Shown: one piece after another, positions 1 through 10,157 of the stretch
Layout: every line of letters begins with the position of its first letter
Numbering within the stretch: the first letter of the stretch is position 1
DNA from: Candidatus Nomurabacteria bacterium
Lineage (GTDB): Bacteria > Patescibacteriota > Minisyncoccia > Phycocordibacterales > UBA5272
Direction: 5' to 3'
Length of the DNA: 64,000 nt
Assembly: GCA_028286645.1 (NCBI GenBank)
Contig: JAQBRF010000002.1
Location: 186,518 to 250,517 of the forward strand
The notes under the pieces: generated by a model
What the model was told of the DNA's origin: nothing
The model's input: only the letters and a program-made list of their open reading frames with translations
Databases searched by the model: none
Made by a program: the position numbers and the translations under genes

Positions 1-2
1 TT

Positions 3-1247
3 GTGCCTGATGCGGTAGCTGTAATAAATTCTAAACAAGACGTGTGCACCTATCATGACGACATGCTTTGCGGCTGTGCTGTTGCATGGAAGCTTTCCTG
101 TGCAATTTTAAGTAAATTAAAAGAGGAAAACGGAAAGAAGAAGATAAGTAAGGGTTATAAAGAAGTTTTAGATAAAGTCCAAGTGTTAAAGCCGGGATAT
201 GAAAAGTGGCTGCTAGATCTAGTGGGTATCTCCACTATTTCCGATATGGTGCCGCTTGTAAAAGAAAATAGAGCGCTCGCCTACTTCGGCTTAAAAGTAA
301 TCAGACAAACTAAGCGGCATGGGCTAAATTATATTTTGCGATCTCAAGGAGTAGACAGGGACCATATAACAGAAGATGATATCGCCTTTACTATCGCTCC
401 CCGAATAAACGCCGCGTCTAGAATGGGAGACCCGATTCAGGCGCATAACATGCTTTATGAAAAAAATTCTATAACAGCACAAAAATATACAGAAGACTTA
501 GAAATATTAAATACTGAGAGGAAACAGGGGGTAAAGGATATTATTTCAACGCTTTTATTTGATCATGAAGTGTATACAAACGATATAGTGGTTGTAGGAG
601 ATATTTCCTGGGGGCCGGGGATACTGGGGCTAATCGCGCAAAATATAATTGATGAAACGGGGAAGCCTACTTTTGTGTATGGTCAAGGAGAAGATAAAAA
701 AACCATCAAAGGATCATGCAGGTCACGCGGAGACGTGCACGTAGTAGAGCTTATGGCTAAAGCGCATGAAATGCATCCGGAAGTGGTGGTATCTTATGGC
801 GGACACGAGCAAGCGGGAGGATTTGAGTCCACAATGGAAAACGTTGGGGAGCTGAGCAGAGTTTTAAATGAGGCCATTAAACATATAGTGGTAAAAATTT
901 TAGAAAATGAAAGTCTTTTAGTAGACTCTCATCTCCAATTAAGCGATGTGAATATGGTTACTTATAATGCTATTTCCAGGCTTGCTCCCTTTGGAGTGGG
1001 TAACCCAAAGCCTTTATTTTCATTTGAAAAAGTTGTGCCAAAGGAAGTCAGATGGTTCGGAAAAAAGAACGAGCATTTAGAAGTTATGTATCCAGGAGAA
1101 AAGAATAATGTAAAAGCAATTTTATTTTTCGCTCCAAAGGAGTTGGCAGAAAAAGTAAAAAAAGAGCATACATTGCTTGCGCATGTTGAGAAATCAGCTT
1201 TCAGAGGGAAGATTGAGCTGAGACTGAGGATAAAGGAGGTGGTTTAA
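3..1247 (+). CDS. recJ: Single-stranded DNA exonuclease RecJ (5' truncated by window)
   Basis: Motifs TISDMVPL..ENR, IAPRINAASRM, KGSCRS, YGGHEQAGG and APFGVGNPKP. Confidence 0.95.
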   Translation: MPDAVAVINSKQDVCTYHDDMLCGCAVAWKLSCAILSKLKEENGKKKISKGYKEVLDKVQVLKPGYEKWLLDLVGISTISDMVPLVKENRALAYFGLKVIRQTKRHGLNYILRSQGVDRDHITEDDIAFTIAPRINAASRMGDPIQAHNMLYEKNSITAQKYTEDLEILNTERKQGVKDIISTLLFDHEVYTNDIVVVGDISWGPGILGLIAQNIIDETGKPTFVYGQGEDKKTIKGSCRSRGDVHVVELMAKAHEMHPEVVVSYGGHEQAGGFESTMENVGELSRVLNEAIKHIVVKILENESLLVDSHLQLSDVNMVTYNAISRLAPFGVGNPKPLFSFEKVVPKEVRWFGKKNEHLEVMYPGEKNNVKAILFFAPKELAEKVKKEHTLLAHVEKSAFRGKIELRLRIKEVV

Positions 1248-1909
1248 ACTTTAAATGGACTAAAGTTAGTATTGTTATCGTAATAATCTTCGTTTTCAAC
1301 TTTCTTAAGCCACTTTACTATTCTTATGGTTATAGGGAGTGCGATAATTTCCCACACTACTTTTACTCCCCAGGCGGATAGAATTACTTGTAACATTTCC
1401 GACCTAGACATAATACCAGTGAAAGCAATCAGTACAAAAACAATGGTGTCTATACCTTCTCCTGCTATTGTGGATGCAACAAAACGTGTAGCAATCCCTT
1501 TCCCGTCAGTTCTTACTTTCATCTTAGCCAATATATAGGAGTTGCAGAATTCTCCTACAAAATACGCGATCATAGAGGCAAGAGCAATCCGCGGCACGCT
1601 TCCTAAAATTAATTGGAAGGCATCTTGATTTGTCCAGAAAGGGGCGGCAGGCAAAAGTTCTGCAGCCTTATATGTAAGTATCATAAAGATTTGAGCAATG
1701 AAACCTGTCCAAATTACTTTCCTAGAGTATGCATACCCATATACTTCTGTAAGGATGTCTCCAAATAAATATGCCAGAGGGAAGATGATTATCCCAGCAG
1801 GCAAAGCCAGATCCCATAATAGGAAAATCTTGCTTTCAATAGTATTTGTCACCAGCAAGGTTGCAACGAAAAATCCTGTAATCACCGCAAAGTATTTGTA
1901 ATTTTTCAT
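1244..1909 (-). CDS. Queuosine precursor transporter (YhhQ/VUT family)
   Basis: Multi-TM protein with FPLAYLFGDILTEVYGY, RIALAS.IAY and ST..GE.IDT motifs. Confidence 0.9.
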   Translation of the reverse strand: MKNYKYFAVITGFFVATLLVTNTIESKIFLLWDLALPAGIIIFPLAYLFGDILTEVYGYAYSRKVIWTGFIAQIFMILTYKAAELLPAAPFWTNQDAFQLILGSVPRIALASMIAYFVGEFCNSYILAKMKVRTDGKGIATRFVASTIAGEGIDTIVFVLIAFTGIMSRSEMLQVILSAWGVKVVWEIIALPITIRIVKWLKKVENEDYYDNNTNFSPFKV

Positions 1910-2008
1910 ATGAGTTTATCCTATTAGGACGTGTATGTGATGTCAAATGCTCTATGATGATAAAAATCTGACATTTGCTCTATATGAAATAAGGGTTACA
2001 ATAGACCT

Positions 2009-2776
2009 ATGTCAAAGGATCTTGATAAAAGCATCATAGCTAAGCTCGCTGTGCTCGGTTTAACGGAGAAAGAATCGATAGTTTATATAGATTTATTAAA
2101 AAGAAAGGGGCCCACAGGTACTTCGAAAGTAGTCTTTTCTACGGGGCTACACGGACAATATATCTATACCGCTCTTTCAAGTCTGGAAAAAAAGGGATTA
2201 GTAAAGCATAGTGTAATAAATGGAAGGAAAAAGTTTGAAGCAAACTCTCCTGAAAGAATAGCTCACTTAATAGATGCTAAAAAAGTAGTGGCGGACGAAG
2301 TAACGGACGAATTGTTTAAATTAAGCAAGAAGTCATTTGATCAGAACTTTGAAATTTATCAGGGGGACGCATCCTTCTCAAGCCATCAATTAGAAATGGC
2401 AGAAAATACGCCAAATGATAGCTATTGGTATGTGATTTCTTCCCAAGAAAGAAAATTCGTAGATATTATAGGAGATTCTATAAATATATTTATGGAAATT
2501 GCTAAGGAGAGAAACATCCGGACAAGGGTAATCGGAGTGGGGGCAGACGTCGAATGGTTCCTTAGGGCAAATAAAGACTTCCCAGGATATAAATATAAAA
2601 TGCTTCCAGGATTAAAAGAGGGAGCATCTAGCTTGGTAATCAGAGATGGAAATGTTTCTTTTGAATCGTTTGATCCAATTCCGCTTTGTTATACGGTGCA
2701 TAATAAGGTGGTGGCAGAAAATTATAAAAATATATTTGAAGTTCTTTGGAATATGCTGGAAGGGGAGAAGATCTAA
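2009..2776 (+). CDS. TrmB-family transcriptional regulator
   Basis: N-terminal wHTH (LGLTEKE..VY..LL; Y..L..L..KGLV) plus effector-like C-terminal domain ending FEVLW. Confidence 0.85.
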   Translation: MSKDLDKSIIAKLAVLGLTEKESIVYIDLLKRKGPTGTSKVVFSTGLHGQYIYTALSSLEKKGLVKHSVINGRKKFEANSPERIAHLIDAKKVVADEVTDELFKLSKKSFDQNFEIYQGDASFSSHQLEMAENTPNDSYWYVISSQERKFVDIIGDSINIFMEIAKERNIRTRVIGVGADVEWFLRANKDFPGYKYKMLPGLKEGASSLVIRDGNVSFESFDPIPLCYTVHNKVVAENYKNIFEVLWNMLEGEKI

Positions 2777-2850
2777 TTTAGAAGAAAGAACTATATAAAT
2801 GTGAATAGAGGAACCAATTGCACGTTATAGGGCTTATACTAGGAAGACAT

Positions 2851-3255
2851 ATGAAAAAAATAATTATAGCTCTTATAACAGTTTCTGCTTTATCGTTTGC
2901 TTTTGCAGATGAGGCAACGTCTACCATAATCCTTCCTTCAGCACCTAAAACAGGAGACGTGAAGATAGATGAGCAGATCAAGGGACTTATCCAAGAGAGA
3001 AACACCAAAATTAAAGCAATTAACGACGAGTATCAAGTAAAGATTAAAGCTATTATAGACGGTAGAAAGATACTAATGGCCTCGACTACACTTAAATTGA
3101 AAGAGGGGAAGGACTTAGGAGGCAAGTTAAAAGGTACGTCAACAATAGATAGACTAAAAGAAAAATTAAAAGGAGAAGTAAAAGGGGCGGCAACGACCAC
3201 TATAGGGGAAAGAAAGGGATTATTCGATTTCTTTTCTGGTTTTTTTAAAAACTAA
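2851..3255 (+). CDS. Secreted hypothetical protein
   Basis: Signal peptide MKKIII...AFA; start reassigned to ATG 2851. Confidence 0.7.
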   Translation: MKKIIIALITVSALSFAFADEATSTIILPSAPKTGDVKIDEQIKGLIQERNTKIKAINDEYQVKIKAIIDGRKILMASTTLKLKEGKDLGGKLKGTSTIDRLKEKLKGEVKGAATTTIGERKGLFDFFSGFFKN

Positions 3256-3256
3256 T

Positions 3257-3297
3257 TTAAATAAAAACCGCAGGTAAAGCCTGCGGTTTTTATTTAA
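3257..3297 (+). terminator. Intrinsic (bidirectional) terminator
   Basis: Inverted repeat TTAAATAAAAACCGCAGG / CCTGCGGTTTTTATTTAA. Confidence 0.85.
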
Positions 3298-3307
3298 GTA
3301 ATTGTTA

Positions 3308-3415
3308 TACCCCCACACCTAAATTAAGGGTTGGTTTAAATTAAAAAATTTAATAACCATTATTACTCGTATGTTTTTTTCTATGTAAGTTTGTGTTAAT
3401 TTAGGTGTGGGGGTA
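3308..3415. mobile_element. MITE-like element with CCCCCACACC terminal inverted repeats (copy 1)
   Basis: Perfect 20-bp inverted repeat TACCCCCACACCTAAATTAA at 3308-3327 / 3396-3415; related element at 60381-60477. Confidence 0.6.
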
Positions 3416-3425
3416 AACTTCCATT

Positions 3426-3911
3426 ATGAAAATAACTATTTATACAGATGGATCGTCACGCGGGAATCCGGGTAGAGGGGGATGGGGGACCATCATCACA
3501 ACTCCAGAGGAAGTGATTGAGCTCGGGGGGAGAGAAGATTTAACTACTAATAATCGAATGGAATTAATGGCGGCTATAGAAGGTTTAAAGGAAATAGGCG
3601 AAGCTTCGGAAGTAGAAGTGTTTACGGATAGTCAATATGTCAAAAAAGGAATAAGTGAATGGATAGATGGATGGATTAAAAAGGGGTGGATTGGATCTGC
3701 TAAAAAGCCAGTCTTAAATAAAGATCTTTGGGAAATGCTAAAAAAAGAAGAAGATAGATTAAAAAAAGGCGGAGCAAAGATAGTGTGGAAGTATGTACCA
3801 GGACATGCCGGAGTAGTTTTAAATGAACGCGCCGACGTCATCGCTACTATGTATGCTGATGCGATAGACTTGCAATTATATCGCGGCGCAAAAGACGAGT
3901 ATTTATTATAG
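3426..3911 (+). CDS. rnhA: Ribonuclease HI
   Basis: YTDGSSRGNPG, TTNNRMEL, TDSQYV and GHAG..NERAD motifs. Confidence 0.97.
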   Translation: MKITIYTDGSSRGNPGRGGWGTIITTPEEVIELGGREDLTTNNRMELMAAIEGLKEIGEASEVEVFTDSQYVKKGISEWIDGWIKKGWIGSAKKPVLNKDLWEMLKKEEDRLKKGGAKIVWKYVPGHAGVVLNERADVIATMYADAIDLQLYRGAKDEYLL

Positions 3912-3964
3912 TAATTAGTTATTGGTAATTAGTAATTAGAAAAATACTAATCAATTTAACACTT

Positions 3965-5500
3965 ATGCACTTAAGAACTCTTATTTTTATAATCGGAGTT
4001 TTAGCAGGGGTCATAATAGGAGAGTCTTCATCATTCGGAAGTGAAATAGCAGTACTTGCTATTTTAATTTCTATAATTCAAGGGGCGATCTATTTCTTTG
4101 AAAGGAAGAATGTAAAGACTGAAAAACTTTATCTGTGTTTGTTTACAATTCTTATTTCGATCGGATTATTTACTGGAATAATTAGAGAACAATTATCAGT
4201 ACAAAAAGATAACTTCACGTGCGCCGCTTGCACCTTCACCGCAAAAGTTATATCAACCCCAGAAGTAAAAGATACATATCAAGTTTTTAATATTCATCCT
4301 GAAGTGAATAATAAAAATATTTATGATGTGGAAGTAAAGACGCCTTTGTATCCCAAATATAAAGCAGGGGACAGGCTTCAGATTTCTGGGAAGGTGAGCG
4401 AACCGAAAGCCATTCTTCCACACAATGATTCAAACTCATTTGATTATGTTTCTTATTTAAAAACAAAAAATGTTGGAAGTGAAATGTTTTATCCGAAAGT
4501 TGAAATATTGCCTAGTGACGGTATAACATTTCAAGAAAGATTAATTTCTTTAAAAGAAAGTCTTATCAGTAAATTAGAAACTTATGTAAGTGCTCCGGCA
4601 TCGTCGCTTGCTTCTGGAATGTTGTTCGGAAAGTCATCAATGCCAATTGAGCTTACAAATACATTTCGTATAGCCGGACTTTCCCACATTATTGTTTTGT
4701 CAGGTTTTAATATCGCAGTTGTGATATCTTTTATACTTTTTATATTCGCATTTATTCCGCTTACTCTTCGTATTATATTTGCCGGGAGTGCAGTTGTTAT
4801 TTTCATACTAGCTGTTGGCGGAGAGGCAAGCGTAGTGCGCGCAACGATCATGGCATTCATCGGACTTTTAGCAACTTTAATCGGTAAAGAGTATGTGGCT
4901 AAACAAGCCCTCATCATCTCATTACTTTTAATAGTAATGTATGAGCCATACTCATTGCTCCATGACGTGTCGCTTCATCTTTCGTTTTTAGCAACTGCTG
5001 GGATAATTTATTTGTCTCCGGTTTTTCAAATTATTTTTAATAAAATAAAAAGCGAATCATTTAGGTCTCTTATCACCACAACTTTGTCAGCGTACATTGC
5101 GACTCTTCCATATATATTATTTACATTCGGGAAGATCTCCATGTATGCACTTTTATCAAATGTTATTGCATTGCCGCTTGTCCCCGCCACTATGCTGCTT
5201 TCATTTCTCGTAATAGTTTCGTCATATATTTGGGGAGGGTTTGGAGTATTGTTTGGATTTGTTACGACGATTTTAGCAAACGTTATTATCTGGGTGGCGC
5301 AAGTAACTGAAAAGATGCCATACTCGTATATTCCGCTTCAAATAAATTTTTATAGCATGATCATGCTATATATTCTGATTGTATTGACGCTTACTTACGT
5401 TTATAAAAAGAAAAATAATAAAGAAAATGAAACGTTACAAACAGAAAACGTACTCATAAGTGGGGTAATTGCTTACTCGACAGTAGAAAATAGAGAGTAG
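3965..5500 (+). CDS. comEC: ComEC/Rec2 competence channel (OB-like and membrane domains)
   Basis: F..AGLSHIIVLSGFN, SVVRA.IM and LSFLAT.G motifs; many TM helices. Confidence 0.92.
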   Translation: MHLRTLIFIIGVLAGVIIGESSSFGSEIAVLAILISIIQGAIYFFERKNVKTEKLYLCLFTILISIGLFTGIIREQLSVQKDNFTCAACTFTAKVISTPEVKDTYQVFNIHPEVNNKNIYDVEVKTPLYPKYKAGDRLQISGKVSEPKAILPHNDSNSFDYVSYLKTKNVGSEMFYPKVEILPSDGITFQERLISLKESLISKLETYVSAPASSLASGMLFGKSSMPIELTNTFRIAGLSHIIVLSGFNIAVVISFILFIFAFIPLTLRIIFAGSAVVIFILAVGGEASVVRATIMAFIGLLATLIGKEYVAKQALIISLLLIVMYEPYSLLHDVSLHLSFLATAGIIYLSPVFQIIFNKIKSESFRSLITTTLSAYIATLPYILFTFGKISMYALLSNVIALPLVPATMLLSFLVIVSSYIWGGFGVLFGFVTTILANVIIWVAQVTEKMPYSYIPLQINFYSMIMLYILIVLTLTYVYKKKNNKENETLQTENVLISGVIAYSTVENRE

Positions 5501-5532
5501 ACGGTAGAGAAGATAATACAAATTACAAATTT

Positions 5533-6114
5533 TTAAAAGAGTCCTTTCTTTTTTAATTGCTTATAAACTACGAATAGAATAGTTAGACCGATGATGAGAG
5601 AAATGGCTGTGAAAGATTTCAAAGAAACCTTTTCCCCAAAGTAGTAGCCTAAGGTGATGAGTAATGACGCCCATATAAAAGACGCGCTTAAGAAAATAAA
5701 ATAAGTTAGTCTTCTCGGGGTATGAGCAAGCCCGGAAACAATAGGAATAAAAGCCTTAACTGACGGAGTGAGTTTCCCTAAAAATATCCACCACATGCCG
5801 GATGCTTGAAAAGTGCCATGAAAGGCTTGGTGGACTTTTCCAAAAGTTTCTTCATTCATCATAAGCAATTTTCGAGCAAGAGGCTTATCATATCTTTTCA
5901 CAAGTTCATAAGAGATAATATTTCCAATTGTATTTCCTAAAGACCCTATGATAATTGCAGGAATTAATAATAAATTTCCAGTACTTACAAAGTATCCAGT
6001 AATCAAATAAAGGAGCTGGGAAGATGGTAAGTTAATGACTCCATTTGAAATCATCAAAATAAAAATCCCGACATAAGAGAAAGATAGAAGCAAAGAATGT
6101 AAATCCATGTGCAC
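5533..6114 (-). CDS. DedA family membrane protein
   Basis: LPS..L...G, GN...Y and GKLTP.VKAFI...SG DedA pattern. Confidence 0.85.
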   Translation of the reverse strand: MHMDLHSLLLSFSYVGIFILMISNGVINLPSSQLLYLITGYFVSTGNLLLIPAIIIGSLGNTIGNIISYELVKRYDKPLARKLLMMNEETFGKVHQAFHGTFQASGMWWIFLGKLTPSVKAFIPIVSGLAHTPRRLTYFIFLSASFIWASLLITLGYYFGEKVSLKSFTAISLIIGLTILFVVYKQLKKKGLF

Positions 6115-6169
6115 ATTCTACATGGGATAAAAGTAAGTTGCTAGTAAACTATAAAGTAAGTTTACTAGC

Positions 6170-7057
6170 ATGCAAAGTCTCAAAGAAAATATAAATTCAT
6201 TCAATCGCGAATATGGAAAAGTGTTCTTTGTTGTTATTTGCGGTGTGGGAATAATATTAACTTCTATTTTTATATATGTAACGAGTACGCCGCAAAAGTT
6301 AAAAGTTTCATTCTTAGATATTGGACAAGGTGATGCTATTTTAATTCAAACGCCAAGCGGACAAAAGTTACTAATTGATGGAGGTCCAACTAATATTATT
6401 TTAGATCGGATTTATTCTCAGATTAGTTTCTTTGATCACACTATGGATGTAATGGTGTCTACTCATCCGGACGCGGATCATGTTACTGGGCTGATTCCAA
6501 TTTTAGAAAAGTTCAATGTAAATAAAATAATCACTTCATCTGTTCCAGGTGACACCGGGATATTTAAAGAGTTGGAAAGCAGCATTCAAAATGAGAACAG
6601 TGAAACACATATTGGAAATGCGGGAGACATATTAGATTTTCATGATGGAGTAACCGCCACGATACTTCATCCATATAATGATGAAAAATTTAAAGATACA
6701 AATGAAGGGTCAGTGACACTTTTATTAAAGTATGGAGATGAAACATTTTTATTAGACGGGGATTTGCCTACAACGAAAGAGCCTCTTATTCTTACTTCGC
6801 TTTTACCGCATAACATCACTGTATATAAAGCGGGTCATCATGGAAGCAAGTATTCAAGTGGCGAGCAATTACTCACATATATAAAACCAGAGTATTCAGT
6901 AATAAGCGCTGGAAAAGATAATAAGTATGGACACCCAAATCTGGAAGCCATGGAAAGATTGCAAAAGTATTCAAAAGAAATAATATCAACTATTGATCGC
7001 GGAACTATCTCATTTATAACTGATGGAAAGATTATAGAAGTAAATACGACTAAATAG
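6170..7057 (+). CDS. ComEC-associated MBL-fold metallo-hydrolase
   Basis: FLDIGQGDA, THPDADH, GHHGS and N.YGHP motifs. Confidence 0.92.
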   Translation: MQSLKENINSFNREYGKVFFVVICGVGIILTSIFIYVTSTPQKLKVSFLDIGQGDAILIQTPSGQKLLIDGGPTNIILDRIYSQISFFDHTMDVMVSTHPDADHVTGLIPILEKFNVNKIITSSVPGDTGIFKELESSIQNENSETHIGNAGDILDFHDGVTATILHPYNDEKFKDTNEGSVTLLLKYGDETFLLDGDLPTTKEPLILTSLLPHNITVYKAGHHGSKYSSGEQLLTYIKPEYSVISAGKDNKYGHPNLEAMERLQKYSKEIISTIDRGTISFITDGKIIEVNTTK

Positions 7058-7080
7058 TTATCGCAATTGATTCGCAGAAA

Positions 7081-7458
7081 TTACACAGGATGTATAAAAT
7101 ATGGAAGATTGCTTTCTTTGCAGGCTTGCTCTAATGCATCGTAATATGGCGCCCAACTTTGATCCCGCGGTTTTGCATAAAAGTGAAGTTCAGTAATATT
7201 GTTTTCTTTGATTTGAAGTTTAAGGAGTTTGGCCAGAGCCGGAGCTTCGTGCTCTACAAGCATGTGGTCATAGTAGCCGATCTGCTCATCTTCATTTATA
7301 AGTCCAAACTTTCCTGAGATTAAGAAAAAAGGCATTAATAAACTATTGGCGATATTTCGCACCTCTAAGATTCGTAGGGATTGATACTTTTTCCATATTG
7401 GAAGCGATTCAGTATTTTTTAACTTCTGTTCGCTGCAAATGGTGCAGATGGCTTTCAT
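7081..7458 (-). CDS. Hypothetical protein, DUF6884/YaaA-like
   Basis: CS..K, ISGKFGLI and I.YYD pattern; family recalled, not searched. Confidence 0.55.
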   Translation of the reverse strand: MKAICTICSEQKLKNTESLPIWKKYQSLRILEVRNIANSLLMPFFLISGKFGLINEDEQIGYYDHMLVEHEAPALAKLLKLQIKENNITELHFYAKPRDQSWAPYYDALEQACKESNLPYFIHPV

Positions 7459-7512
7459 GCCACTTAGTATAGAACAAATATAAAAAGAAAACCGCCTTAG
7501 GGGGCGGGTTCT

Positions 7513-7716
7513 TTATAGTTTTATCTGGAGATGAAGACCTCTTTTCATGCAGCTGGTGCAGATCCTAACTCTCGGGCCGTTAGGGATTCTTGCCCACTGG
7601 AGGTTTGGATATACCCGGCGCTTTGGGCATGGGTTAAACTTGGTAGCTCGAACACTGTTGCTGTACTTTCCGACAACTTTCGATCCTTTATTGCAAAGTG
7701 GACATGTGGCAGCCAT
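7513..7716 (-). CDS. rpmB: 50S ribosomal protein L28 (zinc-binding type)
   Basis: CPLC...KRR.YPNLQ...RICTSC. Confidence 0.9.
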   Translation of the reverse strand: MAATCPLCNKGSKVVGKYSNSVRATKFNPCPKRRVYPNLQWARIPNGPRVRICTSCMKRGLHLQIKL

Positions 7717-7884
7717 GGAGATAGATGTTAGATTTTAGACATTAGATTTTAGATAATTTAAAAAGATACCCAAAAACTTTGTTTTTAAATACTATCATGA
7801 ATTTCTAGCTATCGCAAGCCTGCGTTTCACCGATTTTCATCTAAAATCTAATGTCTAAAATCTAGTCCGTGGTATGCTATTTAT

Positions 7885-8505
7885 ATGAATGAGGCTTTAA
7901 CCATGTCGGCTGGTATTTTACCCATAATAATTGTTATATTTTCTATTATTTTGCATGAGGTTGCTCACGGATACGCGGCATATGTACAAGGAGACGAAAC
8001 CGCCTACCGGGCTGGCCGATTAACCCTAAATCCACTGCCTCATATAGATATGGTGGGGTCTGTGATTGTACCGTTTCTAACGTTCTTTACGGGTGGCTGG
8101 GTCGTGGGTTGGGCTAAACCCGTCCCATACAACGTTTACAATATTCGCTCAAAAATAGGCCAAGCATTTGTCGCGGCTGCGGGAGTGCTTACTAATCTTC
8201 TAATTGCAATAATTGCCGGGATTTTTTTCAAAGCCTTTTCTACGTATGGCATAGGTTCCTCTGGAGTATTCCAAGGTCTTTATACAATAATATTAGTAAA
8301 TGTATCACTTGCCTTCTTTAATCTAATTCCTATCCCTCCATTTGATGGAATGTCTATAATTCAGGCTATTTTTCCAAGGTTCCATATAAAAAGCGCGCTT
8401 GTATATAATCCTTTCTATATGATTTTAGCAATTGTAATAGCATCTGTCCTTTATACAAGCTTCATGCCATACGTATTTAGTGCGGTTATAAGAATTTTAG
8501 GGTAG
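7885..8505 (+). CDS. Site-2 protease family (M50) metalloprotease
   Basis: HEVAH, RLTLNPLPHID, GWAKPVP and FNLIPIPPFDG motifs. Confidence 0.95.
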   Translation: MNEALTMSAGILPIIIVIFSIILHEVAHGYAAYVQGDETAYRAGRLTLNPLPHIDMVGSVIVPFLTFFTGGWVVGWAKPVPYNVYNIRSKIGQAFVAAAGVLTNLLIAIIAGIFFKAFSTYGIGSSGVFQGLYTIILVNVSLAFFNLIPIPPFDGMSIIQAIFPRFHIKSALVYNPFYMILAIVIASVLYTSFMPYVFSAVIRILG

Positions 8506-8570
8506 TTTTTCCACAGGTTTGTTAAATAATGTCTTTTATATTTGTCCTTTTTAGCTATACTAAAATAACG

Positions 8571-9050
8571 ATGAAGAAATCCTCTGTCTTTTTAAATAAA
8601 CAAACGTCTAAAACTGTTCGTAAGAGTTCATTTAAAAGAAAAGGCGCTCTTTCTAAAATCACAAGGTCCACAAAACGATTCGGGAAACAAACTTTAAGAG
8701 ATATTTTGTTATCCAAGACATTTCACTCCTCATTTAAGGTTTTAATAGGGCTATTAATATCTGGAACTGCTTTATACGGGGCATATGCCTTTATTGGGAA
8801 TACATTTGCCAACGATATAATAGTGTCTAAGTCTGAAATACTAGCCCGAGTAGGGAAACATACGGATTTGCCGCAAGATCTGCCCGAGGCGGTGGTGAGG
8901 GTGCAGGATCCTGATATCTTAAAGAAGCAACAAGCATTCTATGAAAATGTTAAAGAAGGAGACTATATAATTATTTATCCTAAACTTGCTGTAATATACG
9001 ACTTAAGGAATGATTCTATTATCGCTCTTAAAAGAACAGAGTCGCGCTAA
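8571..9050 (+). CDS. Single-TM hypothetical protein with basic N-terminus
   Basis: Start reassigned to ATG 8571, 9 nt after TATACT; one TM segment and a C-terminal FYEN..EGD..I.Y..AVIYD domain. Confidence 0.7.
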   Translation: MKKSSVFLNKQTSKTVRKSSFKRKGALSKITRSTKRFGKQTLRDILLSKTFHSSFKVLIGLLISGTALYGAYAFIGNTFANDIIVSKSEILARVGKHTDLPQDLPEAVVRVQDPDILKKQQAFYENVKEGDYIIIYPKLAVIYDLRNDSIIALKRTESR

Positions 9051-9197
9051 ATTTTAGACATTTGATTTTAGATTGTTAGAGGATTCAAGAAGCGGAAGAG
9101 GGGGTTTGCAGAAAATGAAAATTATGTTAATATCTAAAAACTATGGTTTTAGGGAATTTCCTATAATCTAACGTCTAAAATCTACAATCTAATTTCC

Positions 9198-9626
9198 ATG
9201 CCTACCGTTAATCAACTAATTAAGAAGCCAAGAACAAGAATAATAAAGAAGTCTCGTTCTATTGCAATGAGCCGTGGTTTTAACGCGATAAAAAATAAAC
9301 CAAACTTCTATAACTCTCCATTTAAAAGAGGTGTATGTCTAAAGGTGACCACCACAACTCCTAAGAAGCCGAACTCAGCTCTTAGAAAGATTGCAAGAGT
9401 TCGCCTTACAAATGGAATGGAAGTGACTGCATATATTCCAGGAATCGGACATAAGTTACAAGAGCACTCTGTGGTCATTATCCGAGGAGGACGTGTGAAG
9501 GACTTGGCTGGTGTGCGTTATCACATTGTGCGCGGAAGATTAGATGCAACGCCGGTAGACAAGAGGATGCAAGGAAGATCTCTATACGGAGCTAAGCGTC
9601 CAAAGGCAGCAGCTGCGAAGAAATAA
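9198..9626 (+). CDS. rpsL: 30S ribosomal protein S12
   Basis: [25 protein letters not shown]. Confidence 0.99.
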   Translation: MPTVNQLIKKPRTRIIKKSRSIAMSRGFNAIKNKPNFYNSPFKRGVCLKVTTTTPKKPNSALRKIARVRLTNGMEVTAYIPGIGHKLQEHSVVIIRGGRVKDLAGVRYHIVRGRLDATPVDKRMQGRSLYGAKRPKAAAAKK

Positions 9627-9686
9627 TTATTAAAAACTAAGTGGAGTATCTGAAACTTTCAGAGAACACATTACACTAACAAAGAT

Positions 9687-10157
9687 ATGAGAAGAAAAGT
9701 TAAAAATAGAAATATTGTAGGTCCAGATGGAAAATATGACTCAGCCAAAGTAGCTAAGTTTATTAACTATGTGATGATGGGGGGGAAGAAAAATGCTGCA
9801 CGAGAAATCGTTTATGGAGCTTTTGATATTATTAAGGAAAAGACAAAGACCGAAAATCCTATTGAAGTGTTTGAAGCAGCTCTTCGAAACGCAGGACCTG
9901 TAACTGAAGTGCGCTCACGACGTATCGGTGGAGCAAACTATCAGGTGCCGAGAGAGGTTCGAGAAGAAAGGCGTTTTCTTTTAGCACTAAGATGGATCTT
10001 AGAGGCAGCGAACGCTAAGAAAGGAAAGGCTATGCGATTTAAATTAGCCGATGAGCTTATGGCTGCGGCAAATAACGAAGGAGCTGCGGTAAAGAAGAAG
10101 GAAGACACTCACAGAATGGCGGAGTCAAACAAGGCTTTCGCCCATTTTGCTTGGTAA
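9687..10157 (+). CDS. rpsG: 30S ribosomal protein S7
   Basis: [28 protein letters not shown]. Confidence 0.99.
   Translation: MRRKVKNRNIVGPDGKYDSAKVAKFINYVMMGGKKNAAREIVYGAFDIIKEKTKTENPIEVFEAALRNAGPVTEVRSRRIGGANYQVPREVREERRFLLALRWILEAANAKKGKAMRFKLADELMAAANNEGAAVKKKEDTHRMAESNKAFAHFAW

Noticed and set aside
7722-7864. Heptad repeats as a CRISPR array
   Set aside because: No 23-47 bp repeats with unique spacers and no cas genes.
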